Assembly: GCA_002269645.1 (NCBI GenBank)
Contig: NIVC01001630.1
Span: 1-64,000, forward strand
DNA length: 64,000 nucleotides
Direction: 5' to 3'
Source of the DNA: Macrostomum lignano
Taxonomy: Eukaryota
The first letter of the stretch is position 1, and every line of letters begins with the position of its first letter. Of this stretch, positions 24,779 through 43,380 are shown one piece after another. Both the position numbers and the translations under genes were made by a program. The notes under the pieces were generated by a model. That model did no database searches, was not told the DNA's origin, and was given only the letters and a program-made list of their open reading frames with translations.

Positions 24779-26751
24779 TGTGACGTCGTGACGAATTTAA
24801 TCTGGCAGTCCTTGGCAGAACAAGACCGAACAAGACCGAAGAAAAATGCAAGTATAGCGCAGTCCAATATTCAATTGAATTGATATATTTTGCTTGCTTA
24901 GTTGGCCAAGTTTTTTATTTGTTTTTGAGTAGCGACGAAAAACGAACAGTTAATATAAAACGATAGATGATACAGCGAATTGTAATTGGCTGAGAGTTAC
25001 GATGGGCGCTGGGCAAATTATTGATTTGTTAAAAATTCATCACTTGCTGACATATAAAAGCCGATTCAATGAATGTACTCGTACACAGAATTCATACAAA
25101 ATATGATACACTTACGTAGTAGTCTACTGATAGTAAAAATGATAGTAAAACGATGAAGTTTTCCAAAGTCCCCCGTCACACTCGCCTTCCTCTAAAAGAA
25201 AAGATATTTGCACTCGAATACATGTAGTCAATATTAATTTGAATAACATAAGTGAAAATGCAGACAATGATTACGAAATGAGCTGAGGAACATTTTTAGT
25301 AAGCACACAAGAGAGCGCGACAGCACGCGAGAAGAAAAGTAGAGACTAGTGCACGAATAGCATCACGCTGCAGACAACGCGCCGAATGCGCCAGCCAACA
25401 GACTGCTTACCGCTGGGCCGGTCCCGATGGACCGCACGGGCGCGACCCCAGTGGGTCGCAGATGCCTCCCAGCCAACGCACGCAGAGGTGCAGAGAAAGA
25501 CAGGCACAAAGAAGGTCGCAACGAACTCTGAACGACGCCAAGGGCGCCCGGCTGACGAGGACCGCGCAGCAAAAAATGGTATGGCTCACGGGCCCGTTGC
25601 TGGGGAAAAGGAAACTAGATCGACAGGAGACAGAAGCAAAAGATGGAACAGAAAAAACATTTTAATAGCACAAGATGACAGGGACATGTATATGAAAGGC
25701 GAAAATGATGAAACTCACTGAATTATAACAATACATGCGTACATGTATTTTGATATTGGATTAAAAACATTAGTTTCACAGTGCAAGCAATAATTATTTG
25801 AAGCATTTACATTTTTTACATGCAAAATATCAACCTTGGTGTAGAGCAGCTGTTGCAGATTTTCAGTTGACGGGACGGTAAGGTCTGAATGGGGTAGCCG
25901 GTACAGTTGAATGGACTGAAACGGCCCTTTTAGGTCGCAGTTGGTCGGGGCTGGCCACGTCGTGTGGGTACCGACGAAACGACGTACGAACATGTAGAAT
26001 GTTGAATGTTGAATGATCGCCTAAACCGCTTAATAGAGATGATATGGTGAGTTTCGCAGGCAGGTGAGGTGTAACGTCATGTAAAACGGCCCTTTTGAGG
26101 CCACAGCCACTTGCTGCGGTGATGCAGAATACGAGTCGAGCGATACGATGGCGGACTGAATTTATGGCATTACTTAGATTCTCGAGATGCACAAATGATC
26201 CATAGGGGAATGACGACTGGGAGGAACGCGCTGAATTGGGCATTGTCGCTGCGCTCAGCCTCAATCTCTCCTTCCTCCTCCGATCGGAAAGTTGTGTAGC
26301 AGTAGCACGTCTCGACCCAGGGTTCGAATCTCGAGGTGGGACCCTCCATTAAAATGTGACGAATTTAATCTGGCAGTCCTTGGCAGAACAAGACCGAACA
26401 AGACCGAAGAAAAATGCAAGTATAGCGCAGTCCAATATTCAATTGAATTGATATATTTTGCTTGCTTAGTTGGCCAAGTTTTTTATTTGTTTTTGAGTAG
26501 CGACGAAAAACGAACAGTTAATATAAAACGATAGATGATACAGCGAATTGTAATTGGCTGAGAGTTACGATGGGCGCTGGGCAAATTATTGATTTGTTAA
26601 AAATTCATCACTTGCTGACATATAAAAGCCGATTAAATGAATGTACTCGTACACAGAATTCATACAAAATATGATACACTTACGTAGTAGTCTACTGATA
26701 GTAAAAATGATAGTAAAACAATGAAGTTTTCCACACAAGTCCCCCGTCACA
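24779..26751 (-). mobile_element. Non-autonomous LTR retrotransposon (TRIM/LARD-like), about 1.97 kb
   Basis: Near-identical about 400-bp direct repeats 24779-25180 and 26355-26751, each TGTGACG...CGTCACA; 4-bp TSD atgc; PBS (minus strand TGGAGGGTCCCACC...) 6 nt from the 5' LTR; polypurine tract agaggaaggcgag abutting the 3' LTR; no gag/pol similarity seen inside. Confidence 0.9.
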
Positions 26752-26755
26752 ATGC

Positions 26756-28455
26756 GATTACTATTACATCGCTTTCAGGGCTTAACTGTTGATGAGATGA
26801 AGCCAACTGAACACGATCGCTGACCGTCTGTAAGGCTATTGCCCTTTTATATTAGTTGGCCTTATGCTGTCATGCTGTCAGTGGCGCTGGAGTGGAAAAC
26901 CTATCGCAGTTAGTGGGAGCACGAGGCCTGCTGCAGCCGGTCTTGAATGATGACATTGGGTGACATGACTGGAACGCCGAGGTACCTAAAGTCCTGACAG
27001 ATGCCTATTGTCTCCTTATTGAGCAGCATCCAGAGGCGGGGCCCACAGTGCCCACGTTAGTGCCCACATGAAGCACCTCGGTCTTCCTTGGCGCTCTGAT
27101 CTGAATACCCATACTCGCGGGAACCCTCCACGAAGAGCCGGTTTTATTGATCTCAGGGCCGACTTCGACCCCCGGGCCGCAGCAGACAAAGGCTTTGTCG
27201 TCAGCATAGGCCAGACAGGGGTGTCGGACCGCAGGAGCTACGGCGCTGGGTGGACCACTTAAAGCCATCTGTGACGTTGTCAGTTTAAGTAGCCCCGCCA
27301 AGGGCCGTTTTGACATACGGTACCAATCTATAAGTTTCGTTCCCTCGCGTCTGCTTAAAGTAGTGCTCTAAGAATTTTAATCAGCTGCGTAGTACATTTG
27401 TAAAGCCTGCGTACAGCGCGCGATCGATAATTTCTGTTTTCTGTTTTTCCCAGCCGGCCAATAGAAAAGCCGCGCATTAATTATACTAAGTTCTCGCGCG
27501 CCCACCCCCAGCCCGCTCCTTATCAGTTCTGTCTGGCCGTGCGCTCGGGTTTATCTTGGATCCTGGCTTTGCGTCTCCGCCTGTAGACCCTTGCCGCCCG
27601 GCACTCTTGTTTGTTTGCCTTCTCTTCCTGCCTCACTCCGCCACGGCCCTAGGCCACGCCTCTGCCATTCTCAGCCACGCCACTTCTACTACTTAAGCTA
27701 TCTAACTACGTAGCACGTAGTACATCAGCAGGACGAACGGCAGGGGGAGAGGGTGTCGCCCTGCAGCACACCCGAGCTGGTTGGAAACTCTGCAGTCGCC
27801 AGTCGGTCCATCTGATGTACTTGGATGAAGGCCATAGAAGCGCTGTACATGTCCATGACTGCCTGCATAGGCAGAGGCGACACTCCATGCTGAGCTAGCT
27901 AGCAGCATGGCTAATGGTCTGCATGCTGACAGCTAGAATCAAAGGCTTTGCGGAAGTTGATGAAAACGGTTGAGACGGTCTTTTGGCACGTTACACAGGT
28001 CTCAATGATGATCCTGATTGCCGCCACCTGCTCAATAGTTGACAGCTGTCAGAGCGAAAACCACTCTGAGAGGCTAGCATGCTCAAGTTGAGCACTGGGA
28101 GCTGGGCGGTTTCACAGCATGGCGTTTAGCACCTTCATGGGAGAGTGCACTTGAAGGCGATCGCGCGCTGGTTGTCTAGGCTGGTTGAGCTGCCTTTTTT
28201 GGGGATGAGATAATCTTCGAAGTCTTCCACTGCATATATAGTGGCAGAAGCAGACTCGTCCCCACCAAAGACAGCAGTGACGACGGTTGAGCAAGCTGGT
28301 CAAAGTGCCAACAAGCAGCTCCTTTAACTCCATCAACTTCCGAATTCCTGCGTTAGCAACAGAATTTCTTGCACCCAGTTTGTTGGCAGGTACGTGGTGT
28401 ACGACCTCGAAATGAGTACAGTACATGGGCAAATGACTTGGTGCAATTGACACTG
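26756..28455 (-). mobile_element. Decayed RTE-type LINE reverse-transcriptase region
   Basis: Across frameshifts: IPKKG, KVLNAML, QSGFRS, EQVAAIRIIIE, VFINFRKAFDS, TSSGVLQGDTLSP, LAYADD, KTEVLHVG and CQDFRYLGV. Confidence 0.85.
27289..27692. mobile_element. 404-bp TTAA-flanked insertion (MITE-like) inside the LINE RT
   Basis: TTAA at 27285-88 and 27693-96, short GTAG...CTAC termini; removing it joins the QGDTL...VLRS segment to the segment leading into LAYADD. Confidence 0.65.
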
Positions 28456-29055
28456 CAGGGTCTATCAGATTTAGAGCTATACTATACGGTAATTTTGCTC
28501 TCAGTCTGCTGGTACGTTCATGTACATGTACGCTCGTAAACGATTAACGCTGCACAAGTGACGTTGTCTGCAGTATTTTAAGGGAGTATGTTTCGTCAGA
28601 ATGAGTTCAGATACGAGTACATTGTTCTTATCTAGCTGTGGCGCCGTCAGTTTTATAAAAAAACATTTCGCAATTCGCACCTGGATTTTTTAAATCCTTC
28701 CTTGTGAGAAACAAACTGCAAAGACTTGAAATAAAGTTTAGGCTGCGTGGCGGATTGATCAGTCTTTTAAAATGACGTCAAGAAAATTTAATTTCAACTC
28801 CCCAATGCAAGCCATTTTTGGACTAAGATCTGCCCAGGTAATTGCTAAAAGTGATTATTTTGCTTTTGGCAACTGCAGTGTCGAAACTGCGCAAAAGATA
28901 AAAAAATTAGAGCAATAAGCATAAAAAGGCTAAAATATTTCATAATGCACCATCGCGCTGAGGGCGAATAAGATTTGAACACTATAAATTATTGTAGAAG
29001 TCAGTTTGAGTGATTCGCTGAAGACAGCGTTTACGGAAGCAGAACCAGCCGCGAG

Positions 29056-31696
29056 ATGGACCACAGGAGGAGGTCTACAGGCCACAGTAGTCTGCCAGTA
29101 CCTGTGCATCGACGTGTAAGTCGCTTTGCTGGTCGAACTCGGTGAAGTTGCTAACATAAAGAGTAGGGCTAGGCTAACATTTAGGGTTAGGGTTTAGTTG
29201 CTAACGGCGTTGCTCAAGTTGAAATTGGTAAGGTTGCATTTGCTCTAAACTGCCAGAGCTCAACGAGGGGCAGCTGGCATGTTTTGTGGGAAAATATTAA
29301 TACTAGCTAAACTAACTTTAACATCTTCTGTTTATACAGTTTCTTCAATTTTTTAAAGAATTATTTTCCATGGTGCGTACCAAACAGGTAGGGTGCTAGG
29401 TCTCACGTCAAGGGCACACACCCTATGAAAATGTACTAATTAAACACCAACAAATACATACTCACCCTATAGACACTCACTCTATGGACAATCAACCTAT
29501 GGACACTCACCATGGACACTCACTATACATGGACACTTACTATATGGACACCCACTATATGGACACTCACCCTATGGACACTCACACTATAGACACTCGC
29601 CATAATGGACACTACTCCCACTATAGACACTCGCCATAATGGACACTCACACTATGGACACTCGCCATAATGGACACTCAACCCTTGGGCAATCACACTA
29701 TAGACATCAACCACTTCCCCTACCACAACAAGCCTGTGTTATCACCATCATCTTGTACCTAAAACTTCAGGGCTCTATAGAACAGTCCTATGGCAGCCCG
29801 CAGTCGGTGGATGTTAGCAAGATGATCTGTCCAAAGTGCAACCAGTTTTTCACAACACCCATAATCCTGCCAAGTTGCAACCATAGGGTGTGCAAGCGCT
29901 GCATTAAGCATTTATTCGGTAGGAGCAACGATGGATACATTCATTGTCCAATGGAACAGTGCAATAAACTGAGCGCAACTGCTCCAGAATCATTGCGGAC
30001 GGACACAGTATTGAGAACAAAAGTTCGTGACTACTTGCGAGATCATCCAGATTCGAGGAGACGTGACATGCAACGCCGCAACTGCGAGAGGTCGAACTGC
30101 AACGCTGTAGCCGTAGGCAGAGAGCCGTGCCCGCACTGCCTGAAGCACCTGTGCCAGCAGCACTTCGACGCCGATTGTGAAATCGTGAATCAGAACTGTT
30201 TGCACTGGCAAGACATGGCAGAGCAAACGCTTTCGCAAGGCCTAGATTTGCTAGATAACTACAAGCTGCAGAAACGAAGTATTAGAAGTCACATTGAAGA
30301 TAACAATCGAGCTAAAGAGCGGCTTATCAGGAGCATCGAAAAGACGTTTGCGGACATGCAAGCGGAACTTTCGAATTCTGAAGACAATGTCAACGCGGCA
30401 GAAAGAAAACTGAGAGACTTTTATGACAGGGTTACCCAGCTCCAAGAAGACTTAACCAACGGTCTGGAAGTGGACGAAGATGACCACGCAACTCTGAAAA
30501 AGAAGCAAAAGCTCGTCACTGATGCCAGCAAGATGTTAGAAAGAGGCATCGATTCGCCGAGACTTCCAAACGATGTTCGCTTCAACCACTCTTCTGCTGA
30601 CATCGGCGTAATCGAACAAAAAATAGGCGAACTAAGGGTACTTCAAAACTCCTTAGAAGCTGATGTCACAAGAAAGCAAACAGTCAACTGCTCAGAAGGT
30701 GAGCTGAAAGTTGGCACAAAAGATTTGCAACAGCGACTAAAAGCTGTTACGCCTCATCACGCCGTGCTTTGGTCTCACACCAAGGACTTCTGTTTGAGTA
30801 GGGAAAATATTGTCAAGCGTAGAAGCTGTGACAACTTTACAGCACTACCAGACGAGGTGCTGATTGTCAGCGATCTGATCAAGCTTCACGTTCTGTCTAT
30901 GGATGGTGCTTGGCTTGGTCAAATCAAAGTCACCGACGATGGTACCACTCCTTATAGCACGAGATACTTGACCATTTCGCCTGATGGTAGACAACTGGCA
31001 CTACTATTACATGATAAGGTGCTCCTGTGCGATATGGATGGTACTAAACAGATAGAGGTACAGCCAGACTTCAATATTAGAACGAAATTTCATGGATTCT
31101 GTTCGGTTGCTCTTAGCGAGAAGTACCTGATGCTTGTGGCGCCTGGAAATACGACTCACAAGAGGCCCGGAGCTATTTTCATTCTCGAAGCTCCTCAATT
31201 TGACTTCAGCCGAGCTCAGAGGATTCCACTGGATCACCGGAGAATCTTCCCGACCGGAGTGACGCACGTGAGAGGCAGCTTCCTTGTTCTGGCCAACCGG
31301 CTGCAAGTCGAAGAGGAACCGGAGTCCGCGTCCAACGAGCTGCTGATGTATGACGCAAGGACCCACAAGTTTGTGGCCGAGATGCCGATCTCCGATGGAC
31401 TCCAGTCGGCTCTGTACATTTTCTCCGACGACAGCGGTCGAGTGTTCGTCAGCCTAGGCTGCTGCACCCGACGAGACGATCGTCGCCCCAGAAGCTCCTG
31501 CGCGAAAGTCGACGTCCTGGATCCGCAAGGCCACCGGATTGGCGCGATCGGCGGCAGCGACCGCGACTTCACCACCTGCAACGGCATCTCAGTCAGTGAC
31601 GCCCGGTCTGCGGCTGGCCGACCAACTCGACTGGTCGCTTGCGACGCAACTCGACGGCTTGTGCACGTCTACACGCTGGGCTGTGCCTTAAGTTAG
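29056..31696 (+). CDS. TRIM-NHL-like protein 1 (RING, Cys/His zinc module, coiled coil, beta-propeller), about 661 aa
   Basis: Exon 1 29056-29115 (MDHRRR...VHRR|gtaagt) plus exon 2 29771-31696 (cttcag|GSIEQ), phase 0. RING CPKC...CNHRVCKRC...CPMEQC; CERSNC...CPHC..LCQQH; heptad region; NHL-like repeats. Confidence 0.9.
29470..29710. repeat. Short tandem repeat (tatggacactcac-like) in intron 1 of TRIM-like gene 1
   Basis: Direct inspection; a short remnant recurs at about 38065-38092 in gene 3's intron. Confidence 0.8.
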
Positions 31697-33136
31697 CAGG
31701 AAATAAATTTTAAAATATTTGGTGAAAGTTTTTGAAGAGGAAATGCACACTTGATTTAATACTTTTTGTGCAAACAAAAGTTGATTAATGGCATATCGGG
31801 GTGATTTTAGACAGGCTCGAATTCAGAGTGAATAGCTAAATTATTCGAAGACTAATTTCGTTAAGAACTCATGTCGTTGATTCAGTTAGCAGTGTGTTGC
31901 TTCTGCATCTTATCAAATATGTACTTTTATGGATCCACAAACTTCATAATATTGAATATATAGCAAGTTTCTATCACGAGACGAAGTTAAAAATGTCAAA
32001 TTATCAATAAACGTTTACTATCTTTTATGTGGTTTAATCCTTTAAATCAGATTTTTGTGTTGCGCTGAAAATCAGTTGCTTTTTTTTAAATTATCGCATT
32101 CGCAAACGTGTTTTTCTAAGTTCGCCCGTATATTATTGCTCGCATTTCGACTTGCTATAAGACAGAGCCTACGTGTCACCAGTTAGTTGCAAATTGAACG
32201 AACACACATGATGGCTACGGCCTTTTATTGGATGCTCTAATCGTTAAATTTTCTCGCGACTTACATGTACAAGTTACTTACTTTATATATGCTCATTTAG
32301 TATAGATGGATAATCTCGTACATTATCTTAGTAGAGCTAAATTAGAGCCTTAATTTTCATCGAAATTTGACATATTGTTTTTAATTTTTGTGAAAAAAAA
32401 CACTTGCGTAACCTACTGCTTGTAGGTAGAGTAGATAGTATTGAGAATAAATGACAAAACTACATGAGTAGATATAGTGTTTTTGCCTCATTTGATTCTG
32501 CTGATTTCGAAACTTCAACGACTATAAATGAGCACTGAGAGCAGAGCAGTCTATTCTTGGAAAAAGTGACTCATTGTGCTTTTATTAGAAGATATAATTT
32601 CGAGTTTCTGCCTTGAGTACTCAAGAACTGAAATTAATTCTCAAAGCATTGCAGAGTACATCGAGTCTAGGTAGCTTTAGTTATGAGTTTTTTATAGACG
32701 TTGCTCATTTATCGGGTTATTTCTGAGTATGACGCATTAAAATTAATTGAGGCTGTTATATCTGTGTCTTTTGTATCTCTTTCTTAAGAGAATACAGACA
32801 GTGTACGCACAGTCTAGAAAATATCTATCTTGTCTGAATAATGGCGCCATTTTGTTATAAAGAGTGTCTAATATAACTGTTTTAGTACTTTTCAGATCAA
32901 GTGGCGGTGCGGTGCTGTACAGTTATTTTATTTAAGGCCTTCTTGACGTCATCATATTCGGTATGCATCTATTGGCCTCAAGAAAATATCCATATAAACC
33001 GTTCTAGCTACTTATAATCCTTCATCTTTTACAGCATCCTTCTTAAATTGCAGTTACATATCTGTATGAGAGTAGAGTAGATTAGCTCAAGTTTCTTTAA
33101 ACTTTAACTTTTGAACTATAAGCTTAGTGTTAAATT

Positions 33137-35716
<2,580 letters not shown>

Positions 35717-37179
35717 GCCTAAAGATGGTCGAAAAGAATTTTAAAGTTTAAAAAAAATTTTCAGAGGTACTTATTCTTTTAGACCTGAGCATTTGCTTGA
35801 GTTTGAGCATTTGCTCAGTTTATTCATACGGCCTCATATCCTCAGGGCGAAAAAAATTAATTCTTTGAGGTGATTTTGGGCTGGCTCATCGGAGTGAATA
35901 GCTAAATTATTCGAGGACCTATTTCGCTAAGAATTCGTGGCGTTGATTCAATTGTCAGTGTGTTGCTTCTGCATAGTAGCAATTATGTACTTTTTTGGGT
36001 CCACAAACATTACCGTATAGCAAGTAGTGCCTATCATAAATCAATGCTAAATTTATCAGGCAAATGTTATTGTCAAAAAAGTTTTACTTTGTTTCATGTG
36101 GTTTAACTACATTAATCAGGTTTTTATGGTGTGTTGAACATCAGTTTCTTTTGTTGAAATATTTTGCATCCGCAAAGGTGTTGTTCTAAGGTCTTTCTAT
36201 TTGCATTCCGACTTTCACAGAGCCTACGTGGCTCCAATTTAGTTGCAAATTGAACATACGTGATGACTACGGCCTTTTATTGGATACTATGATATTTGTT
36301 GTGACCTACCTACCTACGTTACATATGCTTATTTCATGAAGATGGATAATCTCATACATATGTTATCTTAATTGAGGCTTAATTTTCATCAAATTCTACA
36401 TCTTGTAATTTTTTTGAAGAAACACTTGTAGATAGTATTCCTTGCCTCATTTGATGCTGCTGATTTCGAAAATTCAACGACTATAAATAGTCTGGTGGAA
36501 AGGTGACTCAGTTGGTTTTTTTAGATTAGACGACAAAAACTTCGAGCTAGCTAGTGCCTTGAGCACTCAACAGCTTAAAGCATTATAGAGTGCATTGAGT
36601 CTAGCTAGGCTTATAAGTTTTTATTACAGACGTTGCGCATATGATGCATTGAAACTAACTGAGGCTATAATATCTGTCTCTTGTCTGTCTATGCGGACAG
36701 TCGCACAATTTTTATTATTATTCGAATAATGGCGCCATTTTATAGCTCGTGTGCAAAGATATGCTGTTATAAAGAGTTTCTAACTGTTTTAGTACTTGTT
36801 CAGACAATCCTAAAGCTTAACCATTTGAAGCAGAAACAAAACAATTGAATAAATATACGTACCATTTAAAGTGGCTTTGCGCGAGAATTTTCGGAGAGAA
36901 AGAAGGCTTGGTTTTTATTTGCCTTGGGGAGCTGCATGTACAGTTATATTTCACGTGTATGCCTTTTGACGTCATCACTTGGTATGCATATCGTCGCGCT
37001 ATAATTGGCCTCACACGAAACTGTTCAAGCTACTTAGTATCTTTCGTCTAGTACGAGTATAGCATCTTTCTTTAATTGCAAATATATAAACTATTACTTA
37101 ACTGTGAACAAGTTGAGTTGATTCGATTGTTCAAGATTCTCTAACTTCAATTTTTGAACTGTAAGCTTGTCGTCAAATT

Positions 37180-40105
<2,926 letters not shown>

Positions 40106-42347
40106 GCTTAAAATTGAGTGCTTTAGTTAGCTCATGTTTGTTTGAGCTAGTTTAGTGAGTTTGCAATTGCGTATATTTTGGGAAGTTTATCAGTTCGCTT
40201 TAACTTATTGTATGCACTGCGTCGTTAAACATTTGGTGATGGGCTCTGTTAGTTTAATCGTACGTAGCTCCTGGAGAATTTTTCAGGTTTTTTTGCTCGG
40301 CTGGTGTGTCGGAATCAGCTTATTATTAGAACTTTTTCTTTTCCTGATCATTCGCATCATGTTCGCATTAATAATTCGTCTTTTTCTGTTTAAGTGTTTC
40401 ATTTTTGGTGATGGAAAGACTGATTGTTTTTCAAATGTTTCGCAAAGAAATGTCGTTCCTTTCATTTTTGTTTTGCTTTATTGCTTCATGATTTTGATTG
40501 TTTATGTTTGTGCCTATTTCGTATAAGTTTTTCTTCTGCTTCTCTGCGCATCCAGTGTTTATTTTTGTTTTCAGGTCGCATCCAATCATATTTTTCAATC
40601 ATTTTGCGTTAGTTGTCGTAAACTCTTTTGTACCGCTCTTAGTTCATCGTCTGCGTGTCTTTGTTGCTCATTTTGCAATTTACCCATAACCAATCATTTA
40701 CTGTTGCCATCAAATCAGTCCTTTGAGTTCCAATGTTTATTGTGGTAATAGTCTTTGTTTTTTGGCATGTACTCATGCCAAGGAGGGAGGTATGGTTTGA
40801 AGGCGCACGTGATTTCAATGTCACTGATTCAGCTACGCTCTTGCTGTCATCTAGTGACGCGCATTTTGTTCTTTATTCTCACATGCCGCGTCACGCCATC
40901 TTTCTACCCCCCAAGCCGCCACCCCCTCCGTGGTCGATAATGTACATCGCGAATCAGCATGCCCATGTACTCTCAGACCCGACCCCATTCCGCCACGCCC
41001 CCAAAAAGCTCAATATATACGATAACTGAGGCAAGTTTGTACTGTGCCACGCTTATTTTGATAAACTGCTTGCAAAGTCCTTTTCTATCGGAGTTGACTT
41101 GTCTCGCTAACACTAAGAAAGTTTAAACTTCAAATTCAAGATATGAATTGATTTGTGATAAAAAATTGTATGTTAATCCTAGTTAGTTGACATATTGCGC
41201 GGGGGGCAGCTTGGGGCAAAGTTGAAAATCGAGGTAACTATTGACTATTGACTGGCAGTAAGCAGTGGACCTCTGAGCAGTCAGTCGCGCACTCACACAG
41301 GCATTAAAACCCGAACGTCTCATCATCGGAAATTCGCACACTACATGCATGATTCTGCACGGTTTATCGTAAAGGGTTGATTGTTGTGTGTCTAAATCGT
41401 ACTACGAGCGTACAAGTAATCGCAATCCGAAGCTAGATGTTTACATTTTTTGTCGGAAACTGGAAGGAAAAATTAACTAGATGACCTAAACTCGAGTGCA
41501 TCTCAGGATTTTAACACAATGGCTTTTTTCTAAACAGACTAAATCAAGCAGCTCTGTCTGGTTCGATTTCGTGCGCGGCCACACTTAGAAAGTCAAAGGG
41601 CCAATATACACCTTGAATGAGCATGTGTAAGATTGCGTTGCCTGTGTACAGTATTGGCGCGCTTCAGGAGTCAGCGGAATGGGTAGAATTGCATTGGCGC
41701 GCTGGTTTTAAGACGATTTCTTAAGGTTTTAAGCGCCCTCAGCCCTTTTGGCAAAATTCTTTATTACTCCATATTCCAGAGTAGAGTTTTCTTCATTTGC
41801 TTATTATTAGAATAAGTCGAGTATCATTGTCCACATAATTTAGTTATAAGCTACTCTCATCGGAATATATCATCTAAATTAATATCATTTCTCTTGCTTC
41901 ACCTGTTCGGTACAGTACAGGCTCAGTAGTTAGTTTTCTGAAAGCGTTTGTGCATGTACTTTTATATATCTTCTTGTTGGCTATTAAGTTAAGCTTTTGG
42001 ATTGCTTACTTTGCGGTACAAATCAGAGTTTCCCGCCTAATTTACTCGTAGTTACTTACAGTAATAACTACTGCATACTGTAGGGCATGTTATCAAAACC
42101 ATGGAAATATGAATATACTTCCAAAGTTCTACACTTGCATCGGATGTTACTGAAATCTCTATATTGGAAACTACTTTTAACTCCTTTTAATTACGGCTTC
42201 ATTCATTAGAAGCGAAGATTCAGAACTTTTTAAAAGAAAATTAAGAACGCTTTTATTTTTGTCTGCAACTGCTTGTCTGAAACAGATATTTGTAAATTCA
42301 AATAAACAAGGTAAAGTAATAAACTCAAATTTCGTTTAACATAAGTA

Positions 42348-43109
42348 TTACTTTTTCTTCTTCTTGGCTGCCTTCTCTGCTTCCTTTTCCTGGCTCTTCT
42401 CCTTCTTGGCAGCCTTCTTGGCGTTTTTCTCCTCTTTCTTCTCTTTTTTGGCCTCCTTTTTTTCGACTTTCTTTTCCTCTTTCTTTTGTTTCTTTTCTGC
42501 TTTCTTAGCCTTCTTTTCTTCGTCTTTTTTGCTTTTCTTCTCATTTTTCGCCTTGGCACCTTTCGAGCCGCCTTTACCGTCGGAGTCTTTTGTGTCCTCG
42601 CTGCTTCCAGTTGCTTCTGATTCTTTCGACTCCGAGGTGCCGCCCTCCTCCGTAGAGGCTTCTTCTTTCTCAGCCTCGTCCTCGCCGCCTTCACTGTCAT
42701 CTCCCCCTTCTTCCTCAGTGGAACCGTCTTCCTTCAACGTCTCGGTCTCTTCAGACGTTTCCCCATTCGACGTTGTTGCCGTAGCTGACGAATTGGACGC
42801 GCTTGGCTCAGGGCTGGTGGCTTCAGAAGAGTCTTTCTCATCGTCGGATTCGGCCTTGGGCGAGCTGGTAACGTCGATAGATTCAGTTTCTCCACTGGAA
42901 GTTGACGTGTCGTGTTTCTCTGCATCCTCGTCTGAAGACGACTCAGCCGAGTCAAGAGACAACTTCTCGACCTCTTTGGTTGTCACGGTTGGTGAGATTC
43001 GCACTGTCTTCTTAATCTTAGAGCTAGTCTTGGTAGTTCCTTTCAAAGCGTGCTTGGCCTCGTAAACGCTTCGCTGCGTGGCACTCGTTGGTTTCTTGCA
43101 ATGATGATC
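42348..43109 (-). CDS. Probable terminal exon encoding an acidic Ser/Glu/Asp block followed by a Lys/Glu-rich tail (function unknown)
   Basis: Open frame from a candidate acceptor taaacag| (43109) to the stop at 42348; the sequence is non-periodic at DNA level; AATAAA about 90 nt downstream. No upstream exons identified. Confidence 0.4.
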   Translation of the reverse strand, partial: DHHCKKPTSATQRSVYEAKHALKGTTKTSSKIKKTVRISPTVTTKEVEKLSLDSAESSSDEDAEKHDTSTSSGETESIDVTSSPKAESDDEKDSSEATSPEPSASNSSATATTSNGETSEETETLKEDGSTEEEGGDDSEGGEDEAEKEEASTEEGGTSESKESEATGSSEDTKDSDGKGGSKGAKAKNEKKSKKDEEKKAKKAEKKQKKEEKKVEKKEAKKEKKEEKNAKKAAKKEKSQEKEAEKAAKKKKK

Positions 43110-43380
43110 CTGTTTAGGCAGAGTTTGTTTCTGGCAGCGTCTGGCAAATTGTTGTTCATTTTCGCCAGCTTAACAATCTGCTTCGTGGGGGAAATCAAAA
43201 TGAAAAGCTTTTTAGCTAGCAGAGTGTTTTTTAGCTTTCAGATTTCAAAAGCAAGCGCAAGATGTAGGTAGCTGCCGAAGTGACTTGTCTGTGGTACTGG
43301 ACCTCAACATCTTAATACTTCATGCCATAGACAACTTGAGCAGATAGAGGTTGCACTCACAGATCGTGGAGACCGGTTTT

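Noticed and set aside
26292-26348. Functional tRNA gene
   Set aside because: No 5' acceptor strand or anticodon loop, and it has an encoded CCA; better explained as an LTR primer region.
29639-29770. MDTHTMDTRHNG N-terminus of the 685-aa ORF
   Set aside because: Reads through intronic tandem repeats; a phase-0 acceptor at 29770 and an upstream exon 1 match the paralogues' structure.
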